The notes: generated by a model from the letters alone, not told the origin. Shown: positions 28,548 to 39,353, counted from the first letter of the stretch. The stretch is 64,000 nucleotides of DNA from Candidatus Eiseniibacteriota bacterium (GCA_041483195.1 JBGPFC010000014.1:29788-93787), one strand, 5' to 3'. A program made the numbers and translations.

Positions 28548-29474
28548 TCAAGCCGAGTCGAGAAACACCGAGGCTCGATGCGTCCGGGGCAGGAACGCAT
28601 AGACGCGATGCGCGTCGCCGTCGAACGCGATGGTGTGCGCCCCGGGCTCGGTTGGCACGCTCTCGAGCCTGCTCCATGCGGCCACGTCGATGACGTCGAT
28701 GGTGCCGGGATCACCGACCGCGATGTACAGATGCGAGAGCGCGTGATCCAGGAATACGACGTCCGGCGGCCCGCTCAGCTCGAGGCTTCCGAGCATCCGG
28801 CCGGACCGGGCGTCCAGCGCGAGGACCCGCCCCTCGTCGCAGGCGCAATAGAGCCGCGACCTCGGGCCATCGAGGTCCAGCCCATGCGGTCCGCGGGCCG
28901 CGATCGGGAGATGGCCGCCGATGAACTCCGGAAGTTCCGGATCGACCACGACGATCGCGGGAGGTTCCGCGATGTTCACGAAGAACACATGCCGCTCGGG
29001 ATCGTGGACGCACCACCGCGTCCGACCCGGCATCGGGACCGCCGCGAGCGGCGCCCTGCGAGCAACATCCACCAGCGTGACGCCTGGCGCAGCCGCTGCG
29101 TTCGGGTCGCCGACGTTGGCGCAGATCAAGATGCCTCGATCCGGATCGTAGGCCAATCCGTTCGGCCTGACGCCAACGGGGACCTTCACCACAGGATCCG
29201 CGGGGTCGGACGAGAAGATCCCAACGGTGTTCTCGCCGCGATTCGATGTGAATACCTGATTCGCCGGCTCGTCGACGAGCACCCCGGCGACCCCCTTCAG
29301 GCCGGTGACGGAGCGAAGGTACGTTCCGGACCGGGTGTCGATCACGTCCACCGCGTCGTTGGCCGCGTGGGCCACGTAGAGCAGGGCTCGGCCTCGATCA
29401 GTCGCGGCATGATCGAAGCCACCCTGCCCGGAGTGGTCCGGCAGATCGATGAAGCCGAGGTGTTTCAAGCCCAT
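28548..29474 (-). CDS. YncE/YVTN-family beta-propeller protein
   Basis: GFDHAA, VPVGVRPNGLAYDP, GPHGLDLD, PTEPGAHTIAFD; no signal peptide. Confidence 0.8.
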   Translation of the reverse strand: MGLKHLGFIDLPDHSGQGGFDHAATDRGRALLYVAHAANDAVDVIDTRSGTYLRSVTGLKGVAGVLVDEPANQVFTSNRGENTVGIFSSDPADPVVKVPVGVRPNGLAYDPDRGILICANVGDPNAAAAPGVTLVDVARRAPLAAVPMPGRTRWCVHDPERHVFFVNIAEPPAIVVVDPELPEFIGGHLPIAARGPHGLDLDGPRSRLYCACDEGRVLALDARSGRMLGSLELSGPPDVVFLDHALSHLYIAVGDPGTIDVIDVAAWSRLESVPTEPGAHTIAFDGDAHRVYAFLPRTHRASVFLDSA

Positions 29475-29493
29475 GGGGCCGGCAAGTCGATTC

Positions 29494-29955
29494 TCAGCGA
29501 GCGGCGCCTTCGAGCTTGCCCAGCTCCACCATCTGCTTGCTGTATGCGTAGAGCGCGTCGTAGACGATCCACTCGGCGGCGTTGATCTCGTGATCGTTCT
29601 TGTAGCCGAGGCCGCGGAAACCCTCGGCGACCGCCTTGAGCCCCGCGGACTCCGGCTGATTCCACAGCGAGTTGTCCGTGTCGGCGCCGTTCACGATTCG
29701 GGCGAGCAGCATGAGCGCCGGATCGGACGTCAGGCCGTACTTCTTCACGATCGCTTCGAAGGTGCACTCCTTCCCCTGATGCCCGAGCTCGTTCCCCTTC
29801 ATGTCGTAGGGCGTCGCACCCTCGCGTTCCGCGACGGCCGTGACCTGATCGGCGGGCACGAAGAGGAATTCCGCCTTCGGGTCCACGAACTTTCGAATCA
29901 GCCACGGGCAGGCGACCCGGTCCACGTGCACGTTTTCCTTCGTCACCCACTTCAT
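29494..29955 (-). CDS. chrF: ChrB C-terminal-domain-only protein (ChrF-like)
   Basis: MKWVTKENVHVDRVACPWLIRKFVDPKAEFLFV...PYDM...HQGKECTFE...ARIVNGADT...YDALYAY. Confidence 0.8.
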   Translation of the reverse strand: MKWVTKENVHVDRVACPWLIRKFVDPKAEFLFVPADQVTAVAEREGATPYDMKGNELGHQGKECTFEAIVKKYGLTSDPALMLLARIVNGADTDNSLWNQPESAGLKAVAEGFRGLGYKNDHEINAAEWIVYDALYAYSKQMVELGKLEGAAR

Positions 29956-30878
29956 CGCATTTCCCTCCCCGTTGTGCTGCGCCCGGCTGCCGTGAGATCG
30001 AGGGCATCACGCAACCCCCTCGCGAGAGATTCCGTGGAGCCCACACCCCAGTAGTGGAGAAAGATGATGCGCGGCGTCTCCCCCGCCATGTGCTGGTGGA
30101 GGGCGACGATGTTGATGCCGGCACCACGCAGGGTCTTGAGCACCGGCTGAACCTCCGACTCGAGCATCGCGAAGTCACCGTCCACCACCGCTTGATCGTC
30201 GGACCCGGCGAAGGCCGCCCAGGTGTTGACTCCCATCGTCTTGCCCATGACCGCGCCGTGCATCCGCGTGGTACGGCCCACGACCACCTTGTACACGCCG
30301 TCCTTGAGCTCGCCCCGCTCGTGAAGGATCGTTTCGATCTTCGCGGGATCGAGCGAGGTCTTCGCCGGATCGAGGTCCGCGGTGGGCGTCACGCCCTTGC
30401 CGCCGCTCGTCTCCTTGAGCTTCGCGAACACCTTGCCGACGGCCGTGGCCAGCGCGGCCTCATCGCCCATGCCTCCGATGTGCATGAACATGACCTTCGG
30501 GGTGTCCCAGAAGAAGTGGTTATGGAGCGCCGTGACCTCGAGCCCATTGTCGAGGGCCGCGCTCATCACCGGATTCACCTGATCCTCGAGCAGCACCATG
30601 TCGCCCATCACCACCGTGTGCTGACCGACCTGCTTGAACGCCGCCCACGACGTCAGGCCCATGGGAGGCGTCATGCGCACGCCGGCCACGGTGACGTTCA
30701 GGTCGCCGCGCGGGACGGAGACCTTGAAGACCAATTCCTTCGCATCGAGCGTGCCCTTCGCGCCCGTGAGCTGCTCGATGCGGGCGGTGTCGAGAGACGC
30801 AGCGGCCGCGGGCGGCACCCACCCGATGCAGACGCTCGCGCACAGCGCGAGCGCAAGGCCGATCCGATCCAGCTTCAT
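29952..30878 (-). CDS. Periplasmic tandem DUF1259 protein
   Basis: Signal peptide; two repeats with VMGDMVLLEDQVNPV...TALHNH...FMHIGG and VDGDFAMLESEVQPV...VALHQH...FLHYWG. Confidence 0.85.
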   Translation of the reverse strand: MKLDRIGLALALCASVCIGWVPPAAAASLDTARIEQLTGAKGTLDAKELVFKVSVPRGDLNVTVAGVRMTPPMGLTSWAAFKQVGQHTVVMGDMVLLEDQVNPVMSAALDNGLEVTALHNHFFWDTPKVMFMHIGGMGDEAALATAVGKVFAKLKETSGGKGVTPTADLDPAKTSLDPAKIETILHERGELKDGVYKVVVGRTTRMHGAVMGKTMGVNTWAAFAGSDDQAVVDGDFAMLESEVQPVLKTLRGAGINIVALHQHMAGETPRIIFLHYWGVGSTESLARGLRDALDLTAAGRSTTGREMR

Positions 30879-30915
30879 CGCTTCCTCCTTGGGTTCGAGA
30901 CCCCGCGGCCACGCA

Positions 30916-31887
30916 TCAGTGGATCCGCCTCCGGAACGACTCGTAGAGGCTGTCGAGCAGCGCGGCCCCCTGTGCGAGACGCGCCTCGTCGCTCTTCTCC
31001 GCGATCGCGAGCCCTACGATCATGCGGCCGACGCCCGCGGTCTCGGCGCGGGCGTACCTCCCGTCTTCGAGATCGAGATCGTGGACGATCTCGGCGATCG
31101 GCTTGAGCGCCGAGTCGCGGAGCCGGAAACGCTCGACGAGCACCTCGAACGTGCAGCGGCCGCCCTCGTGCGTGAACTCGGCGCCCGCCATGTCGAACCG
31201 AATCTCGCTCGCACCGGGCCTGTAGCCCCGCCCGGGCACGAACTTGAACCTCGCCTTGTCATCGAGGAACCGGCGGACGAGCCACGCGCTGGCGATTCGA
31301 TCCACCATCACCCCGGCTCGCGTCACCCAGATGGCGCCGCGCGGCGGCTCGGATGGACCGGCGCCCGCGACGGCGCCCCGCTCGACGCCCTGCAATCGAT
31401 CCTCGAGCAGCGAGAGGAGTCCCGCGGCGGAATCGCGGCCGCGGGCGCCAAACGGATCCTTCGACACGATCTCGTCAAAACGGAGCCGCAGGCGCTCGAG
31501 CGTTCGCGCCGCCGGACGTCGGCGCGCCTCGTCCGGCGGGCGTCCGCCTCGAAACTCCGACGCCAGGGCTCTGGCGTGCCTCGCGACCGCGGAATACTCG
31601 AGGTCGCGTGCTTTGCGGAAGATATCCTCGACCGCTCCGTCGGCGAGACCCTCCACGAACTGCGCCTCGCAGACGGCGGCCTCCCCGCCCTGATGGAGGA
31701 TCGTCCGCGCCAATTCGACCAGCGCGGCGCGCGTGGTCGCCGTCGCGTGTACAACGTAGACGGAGCTCTTGATCGCCACCGCCCCGGCCCGGCGGAGCTG
31801 GCGCCCGATCTTGACGCGCAGGTAGTCGGGCTTCGCGGGAATCTGATGAATCAGGAGCAGCCACTTCGCCTTGCTCGCAGGCGGCAC
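30916..31887 (-). CDS. chrB: Chromate-resistance regulator ChrB (N- and C-terminal domains)
   Basis: GGAGG then GTG; WLLLIHQIPAKPDYLRVKIGRQL (ChrB_N); WVTRAGVMVDRIASAWLVRRFLD...FDMAGAEFTHEGGRCTFE...IVHDLDLED (ChrB_C). Confidence 0.85.
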   Translation of the reverse strand: MPPASKAKWLLLIHQIPAKPDYLRVKIGRQLRRAGAVAIKSSVYVVHATATTRAALVELARTILHQGGEAAVCEAQFVEGLADGAVEDIFRKARDLEYSAVARHARALASEFRGGRPPDEARRRPAARTLERLRLRFDEIVSKDPFGARGRDSAAGLLSLLEDRLQGVERGAVAGAGPSEPPRGAIWVTRAGVMVDRIASAWLVRRFLDDKARFKFVPGRGYRPGASEIRFDMAGAEFTHEGGRCTFEVLVERFRLRDSALKPIAEIVHDLDLEDGRYARAETAGVGRMIVGLAIAEKSDEARLAQGAALLDSLYESFRRRIH

Positions 31888-32081
31888 GATCCCTCCACGG
31901 TCCAGAGGCCGAGCGGGAGACATAGGCGCGCTGAGTCATCGAATCAAGTCGTGTGATTCACCTGCGCTACTCGAGATCGGGGCCGCCACCGGTGCCGCGA
32001 GTGAACGCTTGCCCGCCGCCGTGGCTCCATGCTACACGGGAGCGTTCGACGGACCGAACCTTCACCCCGGTGGACCCGCGC

Positions 32082-33368
32082 ATGTCCGAAGCTCCGAGCC
32101 GTCTCCGCGATCCATGGAAGTGGGTCCCCACGCTGTATCTCGCCGAGGGGCTGCCCTACGTCGTCGTGATGACGGTGTCGGTCATCATGTACAAGGGCTT
32201 CGGGATCTCGAACACCGACATCGCGCTCTACACGAGCTGGCTCTACCTGCCGTGGGTGGTGAAGCCGCTCTGGTCGCCGGTGGTGGACATTCTCGGCACC
32301 CGCCGCCGCTGGATCTGGGCGATGCAGCTCGTCATCGGCGGCGGGCTCGCGGGGGTGGCGCTGTCGGTTCCAGCGCCGCATTTCTTCCGCTGGACGCTCG
32401 CGTTCTTCTGGCTGCTCGCATTCAACTCCGCCACCCACGACATCGCCGCCGACGGCTTCTACCTGCTCGCGACCACCGAGGAGCAGCAGTCGTTCTTCGT
32501 CGGCGTACGCACCATGTTCTACCGCATCGCCACCATCGCCGGGCAGGGTCTGCTCGTGATGCTCGCGGGCATCCTGCAGACCCGCACCGGGAATCCACGC
32601 CTCGCGTGGTCGGTCGCGATGAGCGTGCTCGCGGTCTCATTCATCGGGTTCGGGCTGTGGCATCGGTTCGTGCTGCCCCGCCCGCCGACCGATCGCCCCG
32701 GTGAAGCTCGCGAGATTCCACACTTCATCCGCGAGTTCCTGCTGACCTTCGGCTCGTTCTTCCGCAAGCCGCGCATCGCGGCCCTGTTGCTGTTCCTGCT
32801 GCTCTATCGCCTCGGCGAGGCGCAGCTCGTGAAGATGACATCGCCGTTCCTGCTCGATCCGCGCGCGCAGGGCGGCCTGGGGCTGACGACCACCGAGGTC
32901 GGGTTCATCTACGGCACGATCGGCATCATCGCGCTCACGCTCGGGGGAATCCTCGGCGGCATCGTGGTGGCGCGCCAGGGGCTCAAGGCGTGGCTCTGGA
33001 TCATGCTGCTCGCGATCCATCTGCCGGACGCCGCGTTCATCTACCTCGCGTACGCCCAGCCGGCGAGCCTGCCGCTCGTCCAGCTCTGCGTGGCGGTCGA
33101 GCAGTTCGGGTACGGCTTCGGTTTCACAGCGTACCTCATGTACATGATCCACATCGCCCGCGGCCCGCACCAGACCGCGCACTACGCGATCTGCACCGGC
33201 TTCATGGCGCTCGGCATGATGCTGCCCGGAATGTGGAGCGGCTGGCTGCAGGACCACATCGGCTACCCGCACTTCTTCACGTGGGTGATCCTCGCGACCG
33301 TGCCGAGCTTCGTCGTGGCGATGTGGATTCCGCTCGAGCCGGGATTCGGGAGGAAGGCGGAGGGCTGA
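32082..33368 (+). CDS. ampG: AmpG-family MFS transporter
   Basis: PWKWVPTLYLAEGLPY, KPLWSPVVD, SATHDIAADG, TAHYAICTGFMALG. Confidence 0.78.
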   Translation: MSEAPSRLRDPWKWVPTLYLAEGLPYVVVMTVSVIMYKGFGISNTDIALYTSWLYLPWVVKPLWSPVVDILGTRRRWIWAMQLVIGGGLAGVALSVPAPHFFRWTLAFFWLLAFNSATHDIAADGFYLLATTEEQQSFFVGVRTMFYRIATIAGQGLLVMLAGILQTRTGNPRLAWSVAMSVLAVSFIGFGLWHRFVLPRPPTDRPGEAREIPHFIREFLLTFGSFFRKPRIAALLLFLLLYRLGEAQLVKMTSPFLLDPRAQGGLGLTTTEVGFIYGTIGIIALTLGGILGGIVVARQGLKAWLWIMLLAIHLPDAAFIYLAYAQPASLPLVQLCVAVEQFGYGFGFTAYLMYMIHIARGPHQTAHYAICTGFMALGMMLPGMWSGWLQDHIGYPHFFTWVILATVPSFVVAMWIPLEPGFGRKAEG

Positions 33369-33721
33369 GCGCTTCGAGCGGAGGCTGGCTCGGGAGAAGC
33401 ATGCACCGGCGAGCGGCGACCGTTGGGAGGGCGCAAACCGGTGCGCCACGGGCCAATGGACGCGCGGAGGAAATTCCTGTCTATCATCCGTTCGAGGTGT
33501 AACATCGGCCCCGTCCCGGGCGGGCCAGGATGGACCCCGATCCCCGCGGAGAGGTCGCGAAGGATGCATGGAGCCGTGCCGCCGCCGTGAGTGTCGGCCC
33601 CTTCGTCTCCGAGATCCCGGGCGACGCTTCTCACGGTTCTCGCTTGGCCGCCCGCCCGCGCGCAGCCCCTTCGCGCTAGGGTCTCCGTCGCCGGCGCCGG
33701 CGCGATCGGAGGTGTACTTCC

Positions 33722-34564
33722 ATGAGGATGTTCACTACTCGCCGTCTCTGCTCACCGCTGTCGATGATGTTCGTCCTCGCGCTGCTCGTCCTGGGCTCGC
33801 GAGCGGCGGACGCGCAGGTCAATCCGCTCTGGGATCACTACAAGGTCTACCTCACGCCGCCATTCCCCGGCTCGCCGATAAACATCCCGGTCGTGCTCAC
33901 CGACCAGTTCGGGATCTACAACCACAACGTGCTCGAACTCGAAATGTTCATGAATCCGACTCAGAAGCAGGTCCTTGGCCCGGCCGGTGGTACCTACCCG
34001 ATTCACGATGACATCACGCACTACTCGTGGTGGAGGATCACCCCGCAGCCGTTCGGGGCGGTCGTGGCCGCCACCAACCAGTTCGGCGATCAGACGCTGC
34101 ATGTGCACGACGCGGTCTACCTGCTCACTCCGGCCCTGAAGAACAACCAGAACTTTGGGGGACTGCCGCCCTTCAAGAATCATTACAAGTGCTACTTCTG
34201 TGACGGGCAGCCGATCAACAAGCAGGTGCTTCTTACGGACCAGTTCGGGCAATGGAGCACGACCGTCACTTTCCCCAGGTTCTTCTGCAACCCGGTCGAC
34301 AAGCATGTCGTGGACCCCTACCCCGATAACGACTACCCGATTCTCGACCCGAATCAGCACTACGTCTGCTACGAGTTCCAGCCCGAGGACGGAACTCCCT
34401 ACATGGCGACCGTGCTCGACCAATTCACCAGGCTCATCGGTTACTTCGATACCCCCCCGCTGCCGCTTCATCCCGCGCGTTACCTCTGCGTGCCCACGTA
34501 CAAGTACGGCTTCACGGAGTCGGCCAGGTACACGTGGGGAAGGTTGAAGCTGTTGTATCGTTGA
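33722..34564 (+). CDS. Secreted four-repeat protein (HYxxY...DQFG...P..K) with C-terminal TWGRLKLLYR tail
   Basis: GGAGG then ATG; signal peptide ending AADA; repeats HYKVY..TDQFG..MNPTQK / HYSWW..TNQFG..LTPALK / HYKCY..TDQFG..CNPVDK / HYVCY..LDQF..CVPTYK. Confidence 0.8.
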   Translation: MRMFTTRRLCSPLSMMFVLALLVLGSRAADAQVNPLWDHYKVYLTPPFPGSPINIPVVLTDQFGIYNHNVLELEMFMNPTQKQVLGPAGGTYPIHDDITHYSWWRITPQPFGAVVAATNQFGDQTLHVHDAVYLLTPALKNNQNFGGLPPFKNHYKCYFCDGQPINKQVLLTDQFGQWSTTVTFPRFFCNPVDKHVVDPYPDNDYPILDPNQHYVCYEFQPEDGTPYMATVLDQFTRLIGYFDTPPLPLHPARYLCVPTYKYGFTESARYTWGRLKLLYR

Positions 34565-34611
34565 GAGCGAATCATCGCCCTCGATGGGAACGATGGCGCC
34601 CATTCAAACTC

Positions 34612-34646
34612 GAAGCCCCCGCGAGCACATCGCTCGCGGGGGCTTC
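34612..34646. terminator. Bidirectional hairpin terminator
   Basis: GAAGCCCCCGCGAGC-N5-GCTCGCGGGGGCTTC, perfect 15 bp stem between convergent genes. Confidence 0.7.
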
Positions 34647-34684
34647 CGGTTCGCGCGGCGCGCAATTGGCGCGGCTCCCGGCGT

Positions 34685-35656
34685 TCAGCGCCCTCCGGCC
34701 AGACGAATGAGCGGACGACTGGTGCCCCCCGACGGACCGAACGCGCGGACCCGGTAGTAGCCGGCCGGGGCCATCTCGCCCGAATCGCCATGACCGTCCC
34801 AGGTCCAGAGCCGCGGGCCCGCGGACGCCGCCGCCAGTGTCACGCGGCGCACGAGGCGCCCGGTCACGTCGATCACCTCGATCTGGACCGGCGCCGAGTC
34901 GAACGTCTCGAGCGACAGCGCGACCACCCCCCGCGACGGATTGGGATAGGGCGGGGCGAGCCTGACCGGCTGCAACGCGACGCGGCCGGGCGGCAGCGGA
35001 TCGAAGACCCCGACGACGCCATTGGTGAGCAGCAACTCGTCGACGCCGACATCGGCGCTGATCGCATCCGGAAATTGACTGTACGGCGCCATGTCGTGGC
35101 GGATGAGGATCCGGTTCACGTTCTGGATCGCCTGCGTGAATGTGCCCCCCGGGGGGCTGTTGATGGTGTGCGTGAAGTTCGCGAAAGCTGTGAGGTCGAC
35201 GCTGAACTGCGCCCACGCGAGCGGCGGAGGAATGAAGCCCGTGTTGTACTGCCAGAAATTCCCTCCGGCCGCGTCACCGAGGTTGAAGTGAATCTCGAGC
35301 GGCTCGGCGGCGCCGATGTCGTTCAGCCAGAACCGGACCTCCTTGATTCCCGCGGCCTGCCAGTCCCCGGCGTACTCGATTCCACCCGAGAACGCTCCGA
35401 GGTTGGTCGAGGAGGTCGGGCCGGGAGTCCTGATCGTGAGGAATCCATCTCCCACGCCGAGCACTCCTCCCGTCCCCGGGTTGCCGTAGAAGTCGCCGCC
35501 GCCCCAGCCATGCAACGCGGCACCGGACCAGTGTTCGATGAACCCGACCACCGGAGCGCCGTGCGCCAGCGGAGCGAGGAGCACGAGCAGCAAGATCGTG
35601 AGCGCCAAGATCGAACGGTGGCCGCGAGGGGCGTGTTCCGTGGCAGGGGGAAGCAT
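34685..35656 (-). CDS. Secreted protein with FlgD/T9SS-like C-terminal domain
   Basis: Hydrophobic signal ILALTILLLVLLAPLAHG; CTD PYPNPS...EVIDVTGRLVRRV...WTWDGHGDSGEMAPAGYYRVR. Confidence 0.75.
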   Translation of the reverse strand: MLPPATEHAPRGHRSILALTILLLVLLAPLAHGAPVVGFIEHWSGAALHGWGGGDFYGNPGTGGVLGVGDGFLTIRTPGPTSSTNLGAFSGGIEYAGDWQAAGIKEVRFWLNDIGAAEPLEIHFNLGDAAGGNFWQYNTGFIPPPLAWAQFSVDLTAFANFTHTINSPPGGTFTQAIQNVNRILIRHDMAPYSQFPDAISADVGVDELLLTNGVVGVFDPLPPGRVALQPVRLAPPYPNPSRGVVALSLETFDSAPVQIEVIDVTGRLVRRVTLAAASAGPRLWTWDGHGDSGEMAPAGYYRVRAFGPSGGTSRPLIRLAGGR

Positions 35657-35823
35657 GGGGCGACTCCGGGCTCGAGACGATGGGAAGCGCGATGAAGCGG
35701 CCGCGCTGATGATACTGCGCGCGCGGCGACCTCCACCAAGAAAATTGATGGACGACGCGCTTCGATACGCGCCGGACCCCGCGTGTTTCGCACGATCGAA
35801 CTCGAAGGCTCCGCGGATGTCGA

Positions 35824-36621
35824 CTAGCGCTGCTTCTCGGCGACGAGCAGGAAGCGGGAGAGCCGACCCTCGCGCGCCAGGCGGGCGGCCATCGCCAGGA
35901 ACTCCTGCTCCTGCGCGTAGTCCCGATCACCTTCGACCTCGCGAAGCGGGGCGCTCCTCGCGGCGCGTGCGGCGCCGCGCCGCTCGGCGATCGTCGCGAT
36001 GTTCGCCGTGACGTCCTCGCAGGCCAGCACCTTCAGCCCGCACGCCTCGAGCATGCGGCCGTCGTAGCCGGAGGGGACGAACAGGAAGAAGCCGATCGAG
36101 CTTCGCATGGCGAGTTCCGCGTTCGTGAGCGCCCCCGTCACGGTCGCCGGGTCGGTGAAGAGGATTCGCCCACCCGGCTCGAGCAGCCGGGCCCACTCCG
36201 CGAGCACTCCCCCGCGATCGGGCAGGTGATTGATCCCGTCGATACACGAGACCGCGTGGAAGCTCCGGTCCGGGAACGGCAACGCGCCAGCCGCGTCGGC
36301 CACCCGAAAACTCGCGCGGCCGCCGAGCCCTCGCTGCGCGGCGAGCGCATTCGCCGTGGCCACGCCGCCCTCGTGGATGTCGATCCCGACGACCGAGCAC
36401 CCGGTGGCCTCGCATACGCGCAGCGCGGGTCCGCCGGTTCCGCATGCGACGTCGAGCAGCCGCCGGGTGGGGCCGAGGCCCAGCCAGCCGATGAACCGGT
36501 CCTGCTCTTCGGCGGTGAGCCAGCTGTTCTGACCGATGTCCTCGCCAAACGCCTCCCTGCGGATCTCGGCGTAGAGCGCGGTGTCGTAGTTCCCGTAGTT
36601 GGTGTCGTAGTGCTTGCTCAC
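35824..36621 (-). CDS. Class I SAM-dependent methyltransferase
   Basis: GTG start; LLDVACGTGG, GIDIH, ADAAGALPFPDRSFHAV, LLEPGG. Confidence 0.88.
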   Translation of the reverse strand: MSKHYDTNYGNYDTALYAEIRREAFGEDIGQNSWLTAEEQDRFIGWLGLGPTRRLLDVACGTGGPALRVCEATGCSVVGIDIHEGGVATANALAAQRGLGGRASFRVADAAGALPFPDRSFHAVSCIDGINHLPDRGGVLAEWARLLEPGGRILFTDPATVTGALTNAELAMRSSIGFFLFVPSGYDGRMLEACGLKVLACEDVTANIATIAERRGAARAARSAPLREVEGDRDYAQEQEFLAMAARLAREGRLSRFLLVAEKQR

Positions 36622-36659
36622 GAGTGCTTCTCCTTCGGCCTGCGCGCGTGCTCGCTCGC

Positions 36660-39353
36660 TCAGCGTTCGAGCAGCGAAGTCCAGTTCGTGAGGAGCGTGA
36701 GATTCACCTGCGGCGCGTCGCCAGTGGGGAGCGCGAACAGGCAGCGCTTGAAGTCGGACGTGGCTCCCAGCGTGACCAGTCCCTTCGGCACCGCCATCAG
36801 GAATTTCGGCTCCTCCGCCGCGAACGTGGGGCCGGATCGAACCGACACGGACATGATTCCCTTCGGCGATCCGTAGAGGATCTCCGCGCCATCGCCTCGC
36901 CAGAATCCGCCGAACCCACCATCGGTCGAGATGCGGGCCTTGTTTCCCGGAGTAGGGAACGACTGGACGTAGAGCTCGGGGCGTCCCGATTCGTCCGATT
37001 GATAGAGCATCCAGCGTCCATCGGGGGAGATGGACCCATTGCCCTCGTCGAACGGGGTGCTCAGGTACGGAATCGGCTTTCGGTCCCCCTGGAGTGGAAT
37101 CACCCACAGGTCCCGCTGCGTCGTCCGCTCGAGATCATCGAAGACCAGGTACGCTCCATCTCGAGTGAGCTGAGACATGTTCTTGAACGCGGAATTCGAG
37201 ACGAACAGGGGCTGTTCCTCTCCCGATCCGGAGGCCGGCCGCTCGTAGAAGTTCGACTCGCCGCCTCGCGACACGGAATAGGCGATCCGTCTGCCGTCGC
37301 CCGACCACAAGAGCGTGTACTTCTGAGTTCCGTCCGTCGTGAGCCGGGTCATGGCCCCGCGGGAGGCATCGACGATCCAGATGTCGGTGCTCGTCGGCGA
37401 ACTGAGCCGCAGCAACGCGATCTGGCGGTCGTCCGGGCTGAAGGCGATCTCGCGGTAGTCGGCATCGGGCACGGGCAGATCACCCTGCGCCTTGCCATCG
37501 CGCCCGAACCACGTCAGGTGGTTCAAGGTCGAAGCATTGGTCGGATAGACGAGAATGCCATTCTCGGAAGCGCTCGCGGGATTCGTTCCCAGGATGCCCA
37601 GTACTACCGGGGCGTCGCCGATGCGTACCGGCTCTCCCTCGAGCCGCAGCCGGCCAGGGTCGAGCGACTGCGCCACCAGCGACTGCTCACGCACGAAGAT
37701 CACGTGTCCGGGAGGCACGAACAAGGCGCCGGACTCGGCGCTCATGAGGAGCTTCCGCTTCCGCGAGCCCAGCTCTCCGATCCAGGTGTCGAGCTTTCCA
37801 TTGCGTCCGGGCAGCGCGACGAACTCGTAGCGGCGGCCATCGGGCAGGAATCGAGGAAAGCGGTGGGCGGTCTCGTGCAGCGTGGAATCGAGGGCCGTGA
37901 CCTGCACGGGATCGCCGCCGGACTGCGACACGCGGAACAATGGGCCCTGGCTGGACGGCGCGAAGAGGATCACGCCCCGGCGGCTCCACGTGCCGCCGCG
38001 CGCGTTCGAAACACTGCACAGGATCTGCGGAGAGCCACCGGTGACCGGAATCGTCTTGAGCTTCTCGTCCGCGAAGAATCCGATCGACCTGCCGTCTGGA
38101 GACCAGAACGGCAGCCCCGGGCTTATCCCGCCGGTGAAATCCGTCCCATCGATCGGCCGCGCGTCGAGGGACTCGAGCGGGCGCAGCCATAGCCGCGACT
38201 TGCCGGCCGAGTCGCTAGCTGCGAACACGATCAGCTTTCCGTCCGGGGAAATGGCCGCGTCCGATGGATGGATCGAGATCTGCATTCCCGCTGGCGACAT
38301 CACGGTGGTGCGCGCTGCGACCGGCCGCGGCGATCGGCGCACGAGCTCGGGGAACAGGAGACCGATCGACGCGACCGCGAGCGCCACGACGGCCACGCTC
38401 CACGCGAGCATCGCCGAGCCGCCCCGCCGCGCCGCGCGGGCCTCGGCCTCGTCGGCGATGGCGATGGTCCCGCTCGCGGACACCCCCGCGGCCAGCAGCT
38501 CGTCCAGCTCCACGCGCGCGTCGCCGATGTCGCGCAGGCGCCTGCGCGAGTCCTTCTCGAGGCAGCGGCGAAGCAGCTCACGCACCTTGTTCGGAGTCCT
38601 CGGCGGCAGCGCGGCCCAGTCCGGATCGCGCTCGAGGATCTTGGCGATCGTGTCGGAGACCGTCTCACCAGGAAACGCGCGCCGGCCGGTGAGGCACTCG
38701 TAGAGGAGACAGCCGAACGCCCAGATGTCCGCGCGCCGGTCCACCGACTTGCCGCGCGCCTGCTCGGGGCTCATGTAGGCCGCCGTGCCGAGGATCACGT
38801 TCGCGGCGGTCATCGGGCTGGTGAGGGTCGGCGAATGGGACATGTCGGAACTGCGGGTCGCCGCGGCCTCGCCCTCGAGCGCCTTGGCGAGGCCGAAGTC
38901 GAGCACCTTGACCTGGCCGCCGCCCGTGAGCTTGACGTTCGCGGGCTTGAGGTCGCGGTGGATGATGCCTTTCTCGTGCGCGGCCTCCAGCGCCTCGGCC
39001 ACCTGGCGCGCCAGCTCGATCGCCTCGCCCACCGGCACCGGCCCGCGCGCGATCTGCTGCGACAGATCATTCCCCTCGACCAGCTCCATCACCAGGAAGC
39101 GCACCCCGTCGGCGGATCCCACGCCATAGATCGACGCGATGTGCGGGTGATTGAGCGATGCGAGCAGCCGCGCCTCGCGCTCGAAGCGCGCCATGCGCTC
39201 GGGATCGCCGGCGAACACCTCGGGCAGCACCTTGATCGCGACCTCGCGGCCGAGCGTTAAGTCCGTTGCCTTCCACACCACGCCCATGCCGCCTTCGCCG
39301 ATCTGTTCGACGAGGCGGTAGTGCGAGAGATCACGGCCAGGGGCGAGCGGCAC
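36660..39353 (-). CDS. Ser/Thr protein kinase with TM helix and TolB/PD40-like beta-propellers
   Basis: [46 protein letters not shown]; repeated SPDG blades. Confidence 0.93.
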   Translation of the reverse strand: MPLAPGRDLSHYRLVEQIGEGGMGVVWKATDLTLGREVAIKVLPEVFAGDPERMARFEREARLLASLNHPHIASIYGVGSADGVRFLVMELVEGNDLSQQIARGPVPVGEAIELARQVAEALEAAHEKGIIHRDLKPANVKLTGGGQVKVLDFGLAKALEGEAAATRSSDMSHSPTLTSPMTAANVILGTAAYMSPEQARGKSVDRRADIWAFGCLLYECLTGRRAFPGETVSDTIAKILERDPDWAALPPRTPNKVRELLRRCLEKDSRRRLRDIGDARVELDELLAAGVSASGTIAIADEAEARAARRGGSAMLAWSVAVVALAVASIGLLFPELVRRSPRPVAARTTVMSPAGMQISIHPSDAAISPDGKLIVFAASDSAGKSRLWLRPLESLDARPIDGTDFTGGISPGLPFWSPDGRSIGFFADEKLKTIPVTGGSPQILCSVSNARGGTWSRRGVILFAPSSQGPLFRVSQSGGDPVQVTALDSTLHETAHRFPRFLPDGRRYEFVALPGRNGKLDTWIGELGSRKRKLLMSAESGALFVPPGHVIFVREQSLVAQSLDPGRLRLEGEPVRIGDAPVVLGILGTNPASASENGILVYPTNASTLNHLTWFGRDGKAQGDLPVPDADYREIAFSPDDRQIALLRLSSPTSTDIWIVDASRGAMTRLTTDGTQKYTLLWSGDGRRIAYSVSRGGESNFYERPASGSGEEQPLFVSNSAFKNMSQLTRDGAYLVFDDLERTTQRDLWVIPLQGDRKPIPYLSTPFDEGNGSISPDGRWMLYQSDESGRPELYVQSFPTPGNKARISTDGGFGGFWRGDGAEILYGSPKGIMSVSVRSGPTFAAEEPKFLMAVPKGLVTLGATSDFKRCLFALPTGDAPQVNLTLLTNWTSLLER

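Noticed and set aside
33369..33721. 350 bp intergenic region as a possible ncRNA or riboswitch
   Set aside because: No recognisable conserved motif; hairpins are expected at this GC content
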